A stretch of DNA of 63,736 nucleotides, counting the filler, from Octopus bimaculoides (Eukaryota), in NCBI RefSeq assembly GCF_001194135.2. It is 4 parts of 4 records of this genome, joined end to end, with 100 filler letters (N's around TTAATTAATTAA, not from the genome) between each part and the next. Parts side by side here need not be neighbours in the genome. Positions count along the whole stretch, not along the records: positions 1 to 25,741 come from NC_069003.1; positions 25,842 to 52,289 come from NC_068985.1; 2 more parts are not named here. One strand, written 5' to 3'. This document shows positions 24,980-36,161 of this stretch, piece by piece. How positions within the stretch are numbered: position 1 is the stretch's first letter; each line of letters opens with the position of its first letter. The position numbers and the translations under genes are program-made. The notes below the pieces were generated by a model that was not told the DNA's origin, made no database searches, and was given only the letters and a program-made list of their open reading frames with translations.

Positions 24980-25430
24980 ACCATCATTTAATGTCCATGT
25001 ATCCTGCTGGCATGGGTTGGACAGAGGATCTGATGGGTCTAAGGACTGCACTGTGCCCAAGTGTCTGCAGTTGGATGCCCTTTTTAATGCCAACAACTTT
25101 ACAGCATGCACTGGGTGTTTTTTCGTACCACCAGTACTAATGAGGTCGCCATAGAACTCACAAAATTATACACTCCATTGTATCTGGTAAGTCAGAAAGA
25201 TTGCAATTTATGTTGTCAGAAACCTGTTTAACATAGGTCTTGGCTGGTTGTCCCCTCTTCTCTGTGTAGGCTCCCACAAAAGAACTTCATTAATATCTTT
25301 AGCTCTCCAGCAACACCCTGTCAATCTAACTCTACACTCTTTGATGCTGTCTCATACTGGACAACGGTTCCCTTAAGATTGCTCATTGGCCAGACGATCT
25401 CTCCAGGTGACATTTCAAAACCACTCTTAG
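24980..25430 (-). mobile_element. RTE-type remnants (3' UTR piece and C-terminal ORF2 piece)
   Basis: 25210-25430 reads RVRLTGCCWRAKDINEVLLWEPTQRRGQPAKTYVKQ, resembling RLAGHC.R....LLWEP..RRGRP.KTY. 24980-25160 matches the RTE 3' UTR. Confidence 0.55.
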
Positions 25431-25630
25431 CAAGCGAACCTAGGCTACAATTTTAGAAATTTGTTCAAAGGGTGCTATGTAGTGGAATGAATCAGCTCCT
25501 ACAGAGTCTATGTTTCCTCCATGTTTCATTTTTATTATTATTATTTTGTGATAATGTTAAGTGTAAAAGTCTTTCATTGTACAGCTATCAAATATTCGCT
25601 GATATTTTATCAAAGAAAAACAAAACTTAC

Positions 25631-25673
25631 TGTGAATATTGGTGAAATTCTGAAGCCTGCCACTATTTAAAAG
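25631..25673 (-). CDS. INTS9: INTS9 coding exon (most 5' exon visible; 43 nt)
   Basis: ttgcag|CTT...CAC A|gtaagt. Encodes LLNSGRLQNFTNIH, which aligns to human INTS9 LIQTNKLKHYPSIH. Its phase-1 end joins the next exon. Confidence 0.85.
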
Positions 25674-25709
25674 CTGCAATAAATAATAAACATCAGATTA
25701 TATGTGTGC

Positions 25710-25741
<32 letters not shown>

Positions 25742-25841
25742 NNNNNNNNNNNNNNNNNNNNNNNNNNNNNNNNNNNNNNNNNNNNTTAATTAATTAANNN
25801 NNNNNNNNNNNNNNNNNNNNNNNNNNNNNNNNNNNNNNNNN
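25742..25841. other. Artificial scaffold linker (44 N + TTAATTAATTAA + 44 N)
   Basis: Exactly 100 bp, with a core that has stop codons in all six frames. Identical at three places in the window. Confidence 0.95.
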
Positions 25842-26250
25842 AGATGCCTATAATAGGACATCTACTCGCTAGAAATAGCAGCAAAAGGCTATATACCACA
25901 AAAATTGACTCGTGCTTCATATGTTGTCTGGTCATTTCTGCTGATGAAAGTCTGACCTTGTAAGATATAATCTTTATCTTACTAAAATTGACTTGAAACC
26001 ATGGTACAGAATATAGATTGGTAAAAGTTTTTATTTTTCATTTCCTTTCGAAATTATCCCTAATTTTTGTGGTATATAGCCTTTTGCTGCTATTTCTAGC
26101 GAGTAGATGTCCTATTATAGGCATCTCTGCATTTTAAATGAATAATACATAGTCTATTGACTGTTTTTTTACTCTCGCCAGACCACTGGTGGTAAATAAA
26201 ATTTCTAAAATTTTTTTGCTACCCTATAATTTATTAATATATATATTAAA
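25842..26250 (+). mobile_element. HHR-containing non-coding repeat, copy 1
   Basis: Clearly homologous to 60290-60700. Carries an inverted repeat of about 62 bp (25842-25903 / 26063-26126). Confidence 0.7.
25934..26012 (+). ncRNA. Type I hammerhead ribozyme motif with intact core
   Basis: Stem I UUCUG/CAGAA; CUGAUGA (25941-25947); stem II AAGUC/GACUU enclosing a GUAAGAUA/UAUCUUAC hairpin; GAAA (25995-25998); palindromic stem III ACCAUGGU; cleavage triplet GUA (after 26006). Confidence 0.8.
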
Positions 26251-26258
26251 CGGTACAG

Positions 26259-26291
26259 TAATAGTAACAGCAGCAACAGCATCAGCAGCAA

Positions 26292-26347
<56 letters not shown>

Positions 26348-26413
26348 ACAGCTGCAGTAGCAGCCGCAGCAGCTGTAGAAGCAGCAGNNNNNNNNNNACA
26401 GCATCAGCAGCAA

Positions 26414-26466
<53 letters not shown>

Positions 26467-26524
26467 ACAGCTGGAGTAGCAGCCGCAGCAGCTGTAGAAG
26501 CAGCAGCAGCAGCAGAAGTAGTAA

Positions 26525-26565
<41 letters not shown>

Positions 26566-26718
26566 ATAGTAGTAGTAGTAGTAGTAGTAGTAGCAACAAT
26601 ATTAGTAGTGGTAGTAACAACAGTAGTAGCTACATCACCGCCAGCAGCAGCAGCAGCAGTAGCAACGACAACAGAAACAACGGCAGCTCAACAGCAGCAG
26701 CGGTGGCGGCAGTGTCAT

Positions 26719-26764
<46 letters not shown>

Positions 26765-26765
26765 T
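26259..26765. repeat. Compound (GTA)n/(GCA)n trinucleotide region
   Basis: Direct reading; includes a 10-N gap. Confidence 0.95.
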
Positions 26766-27356
26766 CACATTTTCTTTATTAATGTATTGCTTTGTCAAAA
26801 AATGAGTTTAAGAAAATATTCCTTTTGTAAACTGGATAAAGNNNNNNNNNNNNNNNNNNNNNNNNNNNNNNNNNNNNNNNNNNNNNNNNNNNNNNNNNNN
26901 NNNNNNNNNNNNNNNNNNNNNNNNNNNNNNNNNNNNNNNNNNNNNNNNNNNNNNNNNNNNNNNNNNNNNNNNNNNNNNNNNNNNNNNNNNNNNNNNNNNN
27001 NNNNNNNNNNNNNNNNNNNNNNNNNNNNNNNNNNNNNNNNNNNNNNNNNNNNNNNNNNNNNNNNNNNNNNNNNNNNNNNNNNNNNNNNNNNNNNNNNNNN
27101 NNNNNNNNNNNNNNNNNNNNNNNNNNNNNNNNNNNNNNNNNNNNNNNNNNNNNNNNNNNNNNNNNNNNNNNNNNNNNNNNNNNNNNNNNNNNNNNNNNNN
27201 NNNNNNNNNNNNNNNNNNNNNNNNNNNNNNNNNNNNNNNNNNNNNNNNNNNNNNNNNNNNNNNNNNNNNNNNNNNNNNNNNNNNNNNNNNNNNNNNNNNN
27301 NNNNNNNNNNNNNNNNNNNNNNNNNNNNNNNNNNNNNNNNNNNNNNNNNNNNNNNN

Positions 27357-27428
<72 letters not shown>

Positions 27429-27974
27429 CACGTGTGTGTCATTCTGTCCTATCTCTTTTCGTTATTTCTTTTGTCATTCTGTTGTTGATCTTTCTTGCTC
27501 CCCTCGCTATCTATCTATCTATCTAGTACGTGTGTGTCTTTCAGTCCGTCTATCTCGTTTCGTTATTTCTTTTGTCAATTCGTTCTTTCTGTCAACATTT
27601 TCAATTTGTCAAATATCGCACCACAGCCCATGTCACTTCTGGGTAGGTTCATTCGGTTTCAGATATCTTCTGGTTTCATTACTACTTACGTAACAGTTTA
27701 CATTGGACTTTAACACAGGAAACATCATGCTGCGTCAATTAGGTAAACAGCTATACATATATTCATATTTCATTTTATAATTTGTCATTTATTATTTGCT
27801 TAGCGGCATATCTTCCGGTTCTTTATGGTGTCAGTTCAAATAGCTCCGAGATTTTTGTCATTCTTCTTTTCAGGGTCGATAAAATAAGCTCCAGGCACTG
27901 GCGTCGGCGTAACTGACTTATTCTTTCATTTTAAATTGTTGGCTATGTGCCAAAATTTGAAACCAAAACCCGAC

Positions 27975-28380
27975 GACCTGAATTTTTGGTGCAACGGACA
28001 AAACGCTTAACGTCATTGCGTCCTTTACGGATTGCGTTCCAATTTCGCCAAGGATGATTTGCCTTTCATCTTTTCGGAGTCGATAAATTAAGTACCAATG
28101 AAACACTGGAGGTCGATGTAATCGCCTAGTCCCCTCCTCACAAATTCAGGCTTTGTGCCTATAGTAGAAAGAATTATTATTATTGAGTGAGAAAGCAGAG
28201 CATGCCGTCAAAGTGACACTGGTGTAAAATATACGAAGCCCAATATACCCATCATGACTACCCGTCTGATAAGGGTACACCAGGCACATGCATCACAACC
28301 ATGTGTGCGCGACATGGTGATCTCATATCAAGATAAACAGCGCATATTATTATTATTATTATTATTATTGTTATTATTAC

Positions 28381-28464
<84 letters not shown>

Positions 28465-28640
28465 CCTTATTAAGGCGGCGAACTGGCAAAATCGTCCGTC
28501 CTTACGTTCTGAGTTCAAATTTCGACTTTGCCTTTTATCCTTCGGGGTCTATAAATTAAGTACCAGTTGCGTACTGGCGTCGATCTAATTGACTGGCCCC
28601 TTCCCAAAAATGTTGTGCCTTGTGCCTAGAGTAGAAACGA
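27975..28640 (+). mobile_element. SINE A copies (about 27975-28180 and 28472-28640) around a long (ATT)n array and an unclassified repeat
   Basis: Shared SINE A body; (ATT)n at about 28346-28465. Confidence 0.75.
28196..28347 (+). repeat. Unclassified dispersed repeat, 5' part (longer copy at 50895-51370)
   Basis: AAAGTGACACTGG.GTAAAATATACGAAGCCC...GATAAACAGCGCAT is near-identical at 50902-51037. Confidence 0.75.
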
Positions 28641-28739
28641 ATCGTCACTGCCCTGAAAAAATTGCTGAACGGCTTTTCTTCAGACTTTAATCATTAGGCA
28701 AGCCCTAGCTCAGGTTAATATTCCTTCGGTTCTGGACCC

Positions 28740-29090
28740 AGCAAGATTATCCAAGAGTGATGGGAAGAGACCAGATGGCCTCACCCTTTGTTCCTCATTT
28801 CAGACAACACAGTCTGTGACTCCATTGCTCTCTCCCATACCCTTGATGCTGCAATAAAAGAGAGTCGCTGCCCCGTAGCCAAACAGAACAAAACTCTTAA
28901 TTATCAGGAAGTTTGGAGGTCACCTTACCGACGTGCCAGGTGATGCTCGTGAAGGTGCTTGGCTGTTCCAACGCCTTAGCCTCGCCATCGCGAGCGTGCT
29001 GGCTTGCTTCAGTAAGTTCCATTGAACCTTGTGGTGTGCGAGCAACTGAAACACTTCGTATAGAATCGACGTGTTTATTTTTTTGTAGAA
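28740..29090 (+). mobile_element. Degenerate CRE-like RLE non-LTR retrotransposon 3' end
   Basis: RLSKSDGKRPDGLTL (PD-(D/E)xK motif start) and GDAREGAWLFQRLSLAI(..)ASVLA, the typical CRE-type C-terminus. Confidence 0.65.
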
Positions 29091-29149
29091 CTGATGTGTT
29101 TTTTTTCCCTTTTTGTTTGCTTTGTTTTTCATTCTTTGTTCCACTCTTT

Positions 29150-29558
29150 TACTCTTTTACTTGTTTCAATCATTTGACTGCGGCCATGCTGGAACACCGC
29201 TTTTAGTCGAGCAAATCGACCCCAGAACTTATTCTTTGTAAGCCTAGTACTTATTCTATCGGTCTCTTTTGTCCAATCGATAGGTTAGGGGGACGTAAAC
29301 ACACCAACATCGGTTGTCAAGCGAAGTTGGGGGGACAAACAGAGACACTCCAACATATACACACACATACATATATATGTATATATACATATATACGACG
29401 GGCTTTTTCAATTTCCATCTACCAAATCCACTCAGAAGGCTTTGGTCGGCCCGAGGTTATAGTAGAAGACACTTGCCCAAGGTGTCACGCAGTGGGACTG
29501 AACACAGAACCATGTGGTTGGTAAGCAAGCTACTTACCACACAGCCACTCCCTACGCC
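29150..29558 (-). mobile_element. SINE family B, full length, with internal (TA/CA) microsatellite
   Basis: Head GGCGTAGGAGTGGCTGTGTGGTAAG, B-box-like GGGTTCAGTCCC, CORE-like CCTTGGGCAAGTGTCTT segment. More than 10 copies in the window. Confidence 0.85.
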
Positions 29559-30224
29559 TACTAAAACAGTGGGCTGAATCCTGGAAGTAATGCAATACCA
29601 GGCCAACCCGTGGCAAAGGCAGAGCAAGCCCCTAACACTTCACCTTGTTCTAAAAATCAGTTTAATATCGATGGCCTCAAATAGAGACCGCATCAGATAT
29701 TAAGCTGATAAGAACACTTTGATCTTAGCCAAAAGGACGGAATTTGCATTTTTAATGTGGATTTGTATTATATATGTATCATATACAGTTATCACTCGCC
29801 ATATCGCGGTTCAAATTTCACTTGAAAAGAGAAGTGAGGGTTGGTAGGGAAGTGCTGTCTTCGAATGAATTCATTGAAATGTGAGTGGGGATGTTATCGC
29901 TCTAAGTGTAGACTTGTTAGACGAAGAACGGAATTCTAGAGGACTCTTGCTCTTGGTGTTCAGGGAGATCATAAACTGTGGGATTACTCGATCATCCTTA
30001 GAGGCCCACCTGTATCAAGCGGACCCTATCACCATCATAAATGTTTCTTCCTTACTCCTTACTATTGTATAATGTGTTTCGTTTGACTGCTTTATTGTGT
30101 ACTTTCTAAATACTTACGTATATAGAGTTATTTTATTTATTATAATTATTTCATTATACGTAAATACACAAACGTTATGCCTACCTTTCTATTTTCCCCC
30201 TCATCCTTCGCCCTGATAGCAAAT

Positions 30225-30349
30225 AAAAGAAACTTTGCATTTCATCCTTTTAGCGTCGATTAAATAAGGATCAGTTACGCACTGGGGGTCGATGTTATCG
30301 ACTTAATCCCTTCTCCCAAATTTGAGACCTCGTGCTTCCAGTAGAAAGG

Positions 30350-30384
<35 letters not shown>

Positions 30385-30385
30385 C
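30225..30385 (+). mobile_element. SINE A 3' part with (ATT)n tail
   Basis: Shared body sequence. Confidence 0.7.
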
Positions 30386-30714
30386 ATTGTTCAGTAGTTT
30401 TATTTTTATAACGTGCTTTCACTTCACTACCGAGCGCAGCTCTGTGCGCCTTGGGTATGTGCTGTGGTTTGCTGTGGTGCTCTTATGTTTACTGTATTGA
30501 AAGTGTTTTGCGTAGAATGTGTGCAGTACCCAGTAGTGCAATTTTCTGTATGTTATATATATTTGTAAGTCCTGGTGTTTTTGTTATGTATATGTTATGT
30601 ATTTGTCTGAATATTTTTTTTATTATACCTAAGGCACCTACTATGATAGGAATTGTTTCTGTTTTTAGATTCCACATTCGAGTTATCTCTATTTCCAGGT
30701 CTTTGTATTTTGAA
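30386..30714 (-). mobile_element. R4/Dong-like RLE LINE 3' end (young family)
   Basis: FKIQRPGNRDNSNVE in the upstream frame, then WNLKTETIPIIVGALGIIKK...IQKIALLGTAHILRKTLSIQ*; (TAA)n tail. Near-identical to 52055-52289. Confidence 0.85.
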
Positions 30715-30799
30715 NNNNNNNNNNNNNNNNNNNNNNNNNNNNNNNNNNNNNNNNNNNNNNNNNNNNNNNNNNNNNNNNNNNNNNNNNNNNNNNNNNNNN

Positions 30800-30865
<66 letters not shown>

Positions 30866-30866
<1 letters not shown>

Positions 30867-31085
30867 GACCGCATGCTGGCAGAATTGTTAGCACGCTGAA
30901 CGAAATACTAAGCGGTTTTTCGCCCGTCACTACGTTGTGAGTTCAAATTCCCCCGAGGTCGACTTTGTTTTTCATCCTTTCGAGGTCGATAAATTAAGTA
31001 CCAGTTTAACACTGCCTCCGATGCAATCGATACATCACTTCCCCCCAAATGGCTGTCCTTCTGGCAAAATTTGAAACAATTAAGG
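30866..31085 (+). mobile_element. SINE A copy
   Basis: Follows an (ATT)n array; B box GAGTTCAAATTCC. Confidence 0.75.
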
Positions 31086-31087
31086 CA

Positions 31088-31390
31088 GGGTTATTGTTTT
31101 CAGGCGCGTTTGTTTGTTTGTTTGTTTGTTTGTTTGCCCGTGGACAAGATATCTCAAGAACCGCTGGATGGATTCGTATGAAACTTTCAGGGATGTTTGG
31201 CCTCGTGACTGGGATCGATCGAGCACTAGACAAGGGTTTTGGATTATTTTTCCGATTTTTTCAAACTTAATTTTTGAGAGCGGTTGGGTTCATTTTTAGT
31301 ATTCTCGTTTGTGAGAGCAGTCGAGTTTATTTCAGATATTCTCATTTTAAAAATCATCTCCGGCTAATCGTTGAGAGGACGTTGGTGTTG
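31088..31390 (+). mobile_element. Helentron-associated (HINE/DINE-like) non-autonomous element, tentative
   Basis: GGTTATTGTTTT followed by (GTTT)n, then GGACAAGATATCTCAAGAACCGCTGGATGGATT..ATGAAACTT. The layout recalls mollusc Pearl/HINE-type repeats; termini not resolved. Confidence 0.4.
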
Positions 31391-31455
<65 letters not shown>

Positions 31456-32317
31456 NNNNNNNNNNNNNNNNNNNNNNNNNNNNNNNNNNNNNNNNNNNNN
31501 NNNNNNNNNNNNNNNNNNNNNNNNNNNNNNNNNNNNNNNNNNNNNNNNNNNNNNNNNNNNNNNNNNNNNNNNNNNNNNNNNNNNNNNNNNNNNNNNNNNN
31601 NNNNNNNNNNNNNNNNNNNNNNNNNNNNNNNNNNNNNNNNNNNNNNNNNNNNNNNNNNNNNNNNNNNNNNNNNNNNNNNNNNNNNNNNNNNNNNNNNNNN
31701 NNNNNNNNNNNNNNNNNNNNNNNNNNNNNNNNNNNNNNNNNNNNNNNNNNNNNNNNNNNNNNNNNNNNNNNNNNNNNNNNNNNNNNNNNNNNNNNNNNNN
31801 NNNNNNNNNNNNNNNNNNNNNNNNNNNNNNNNNNNNNNNNNNNNNNNNNNNNNNNNNNNNNNNNNNNNNNNNNNNNNNNNNNNNNNNNNNNNNNNNNNNN
31901 NNNNNNNNNNNNNNNNNNNNNNNNNNNNNNNNNNNNNNNNNNNNNNNNNNNNNNNNNNNNNNNNNNNNNNNNNNNNNNNNNNNNNNNNNNNNNNNNNNNN
32001 NNNNNNNNNNNNNNNNNNNNNNNNNNNNNNNNNNNNNNNNNNNNNNNNNNNNNNNNNNNNNNNNNNNNNNNNNNNNNNNNNNNNNNNNNNNNNNNNNNNN
32101 NNNNNNNNNNNNNNNNNNNNNNNNNNNNNNNNNNNNNNNNNNNNNNNNNNNNNNNNNNNNNNNNNNNNNNNNNNNNNNNNNNNNCACCATTTGGTTTGAA
32201 CTTGAGAAAGACAGACGTTCTGTCGAAATGTTGTTCAAAAAATAAAACATCTAAAATCGCGCTCTTCGTTTTGACTATTTACCTTCGTGAAGAGTTACGT
32301 CAATCCTTTTTTAAAAA

Positions 32318-32397
<80 letters not shown>

Positions 32398-33225
32398 GGC
32401 GGCGAGCTTGCACATCCGTTAGAGCGTCGGAATGAATGTGTGTTAAATTTCCGATTCGATTCCCACCGAGGTTAACTTCACGTTTCACCGTTTCAAAATC
32501 GATAAAATAATATACCACTCAAGATCTGGGGTCGGTGGTTTCGACTAAATATTTCCTCTCTAAAATTGCCTTTTTCGTGTATTGTTATCCTGACTGAGTG
32601 TCTTGGCATTTCTCAGAAAATGTTTTTTTTTCAATCTCTAAGACAAAAAACATTACATTAATGTTGCTATTTAATAACGCTAACTTAACTTCGTAGCCTT
32701 GTGCAATCCTTATCTCTGTTCATTTTTATGGAAAGATTTGATTTTTCACTGCAATCAAAACGTATCATTCATTTCTCCCCTTGCACACTGAGCTTCTCTA
32801 CCAGTGTCACGTATGTTTATTCCATTTACATCTCGTTCAGTTTTTGTCAGAGATTGCCCAAACAAAAGCATATCTTGCTATCTTTGTCATATCTGACATA
32901 GTTTCAATATTAATCAAGATATCTTGCCATTTCTTTTGCCATAGCTATGTTGTTATTTTACCATCTCTGTATTCCTTTGTTTTCTATTGTATTATATAGA
33001 TATTTGTAAGGCTGTGAGTTGACAGAAACATTAGCACGCCGGATGAAGTGCTTAGCGGTATTTCGCCTGTCAGTACGTTCTGAGTTCAAATTCCACCGTG
33101 GTTGACTTTTCCTTTCATCATTTCGGGGTCGATAAATTAAGTACCAGTTGCGTACTGGAGTCAATCAAATCGACTGGGCCCCCTTCCCCAAAGTTTCAGG
33201 CCTTGTGACTAGAATAGAAAAGATT
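32398..33225 (+). mobile_element. Two SINE A copies (about 32398-32570 and 33010-33225)
   Basis: Shared head and body. Confidence 0.75.
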
Positions 33226-34342
33226 ATATATATATATTTGTATAAATTTCTAATGTTCTTTATAAGTAACTTGCCTAACCGATGAATATTTTTATACAAG
33301 TTCATACATCGTAAATATCATCAGGTCTCGATTACCACATATTAAACGTAGTCGTTATTTCCTCCCTGCTTTGTCAAGTCTTGCTAATTAATTTAACTTC
33401 CAATTGAGAGTATAACTTGAAATTTGGCCAGTTAGAATATTTAGTTTTGTGTTCCTAATATTAATCTAATCCATTTATATTCGTTGCTGCCATATTGTTC
33501 AATGATCCCTACGTATTTTAAGTGTGCTTATTGTAATTCTCTAATCACTGTCTGTATATCGTGTATAATATTATACACTTAATTAATTACCCTGTATTCA
33601 GCATTGTCTTAGCAGTTTATTCTAATGCGATTTGTCATATTAGTTTCTCAATTAAATCTGTAAAATATTAGTAGCAGTGATTCTAGTGATTTGTCATCTC
33701 CAGCATTCATCTGGGGATCATCTGCTTAGGGAACAAAAATAGTCCATCGATATTTCATTACATTTGTACACCTGTGCATTGTTACTTTAAATGCTAAAGT
33801 TGCTTTCATCAAGCATTAAAGCAATGAGGCTTAGAAGCTTCATTAGAATTGCACTGTTGCAAAGGAAATGGCGTTGACTTTATTATTCTTTTATGCATAT
33901 CTCCATATTTCTTTGCTCTTATCGTAGGGTAAATATACATACTTACCATTTGCGCTACATTGCTCGTTGCTAATTTTTCCAGGATTTTTCCAGATGTTGA
34001 ATATCTTTAAGATCCTAGGATTAACCGCTTTATTTTCTTTCCACAGATTTCTGTTATGGTATTCTTATCAAAGATCGATTTATGTTGCTATACAAGCCGT
34101 TTCCGGTTACTCTCTCCTTAGTGTGAAATACACAGTCTTTTGATAATTGTTCACTCATTAATTGCAAAGAAAGATTTGCAGGACGAAGGACGGGGGATTA
34201 TAGATCTTCAATTTTCAAAATCCGCTCTCTTATTGGGTCCGGGCTTCAAATGTCTTTATTATTATTGTTTTCTTTACACCTTATATTGCCAGGTGTTGTC
34301 TCAGGGCCCAATTCTGGTTTATTTTATATATATATATATATA

Positions 34343-34469
34343 AGGATTTACTTTTCGTAATGAGATAAAAATAACCAAGGCTGTGTATAATATAGAACAT
34401 TTATAAATATACAAGTTCTATATTATACACAACCTTGGTTTTTTTATCTCATTACGAAAAGTAAATCCT
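34343..34469. repeat. Near-perfect hairpin (about 55-bp stem, 16-nt loop)
   Basis: Arms 34343-34398 and 34415-34469 differ by one bulge and one mismatch. Confidence 0.9.
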
Positions 34470-34700
34470 CATATTCACACGCTGATATATGACCTACGTT
34501 GGACCCCTTATTCGCATAATCACCGAACCTGGAGCTTAACTGTGGTCTATCCATAGCACTTACTCAGCATTTCCTGAAACCTCTGCGTTTANNNNNNNNN
34601 NNNNNNNNNNNNNNNNNNNNNNNNNNNNNNNNNNNNNNNNNNNNNNNNNNNNNNNNNNNNNNNNNNNNNNNNNNNNNNNNNNNNNNNNNNNNNNNNNNNN

Positions 34701-34743
<43 letters not shown>

Positions 34744-35923
34744 AATAAGATTTTGTTTTCAATTAAAATATTTTGACAAGAAATTGCAGATGTGGTAATG
34801 CGTCACTGAAATTCAATTTAACGAAACATATTATATTCATTGTGAGCAAGAAGTAGGCAATGGCCACTACAAGATGTACATCTTAAGAATGTATTGTAAT
34901 ATGACATGGATGACACGTGACAAACGTGACGATGATAAAGGTACCACAGTATGGAGACAACTACCGCAATCACCCCAGCAGTTGAATATAAAGAAGATAA
35001 AATACTTATTTCCTGTATGTTATAGTTACCCGCTCTTTATTCATATCTACAAAGTCTCCAAACGATAAATACAATATGGATGTTAATGATGACGTCACTT
35101 TTGTCACCGTTAATGGTGAAGTATTATGATAGTGATCTCTGTCCTACGTTTCCTGACTGAGATTTGTTTTAAGACATTTCGAATACTTAATCTAAATCCA
35201 TAAAGATGTATGCATTTGAGAAGGTAATTAGATAATTGATATGAAATCAGCTGTAAAATTGACAGTAGCAGTTTCATTCGATTTACTCTCGAAAAAAAAT
35301 CCCTGAAACAGAAAGGGTTTATTTACTCAACTTTTTTATTCATCGAAATAACGACCCTTTGCGAATGTTGCACAATATCTAATGAGTGTTATGTCCATGA
35401 AAAAATTGCAAATTTGTCTGGGGAAAAATATCAATGATAAGAGATTAACTCTAAATTTATTAGTATCCCTTGCAAATTAGAATCATTTGTATTCATAGCA
35501 TAAATTACATCGAATGAACCTCGTAACGCATTTAATCGTTTTGTCTCTTAACATAAAATTCCTGTTAACATTTGGTTTTCTAAATGAAAATAAATACGCA
35601 ATTAGGTTCAAAACACAATCATTTACAACCCACGTTCCACACTAGAAATACATGCTTAATTTCTTTTAAAGGCAAATTAAATTAACATGCTTCAGAAAAT
35701 ATGACATGTCGGAATGCTTTTGCTGCCCAGAATTTTTGTGCTATTTACAAAGTGTCCTTCATACAGATTATTGAATTTTACATTATTTTTTTTTTACTGC
35801 CTTTCTTTTGTCAGAGGTAACAGAAAAGGTGAGCTTGTATTTTCTTTTGTTTTGACATTACAGATCCTGTTGGATAGAAATAGTTATACGAGATTAACGT
35901 GGATGATGATTACGATGCTCTCT

Positions 35924-36100
35924 TACTCTTTACTTGTTTCAGTCATTTGATTGTGGCCATGCTGGAGTACCGCCTTTAGTCGAGCAAATCGACCCCAGGA
36001 CTTATTCTATCGGTCCCTTTTGCCGAACCGCTAAGTTACGGGGACGTAAACATACCAGCATCGGTTGTCAAGCGATGTTGGGGGGACAAATACAGACACA

Positions 36101-36161
<61 letters not shown>

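Noticed and set aside
25786-25797. TTAATTAATTAA as a homeodomain site or conserved motif
   Set aside because: It occurs three times, centred in exactly 44 N on each side; it is an assembly linker.
25842-25903. 62-bp inverted repeat flanking the ribozyme as TIRs
   Set aside because: The left arm starts at the scaffold edge and is absent from the second copy (60290-60700), so it may be a foldback artefact or a PLE-type inversion rather than a TIR.
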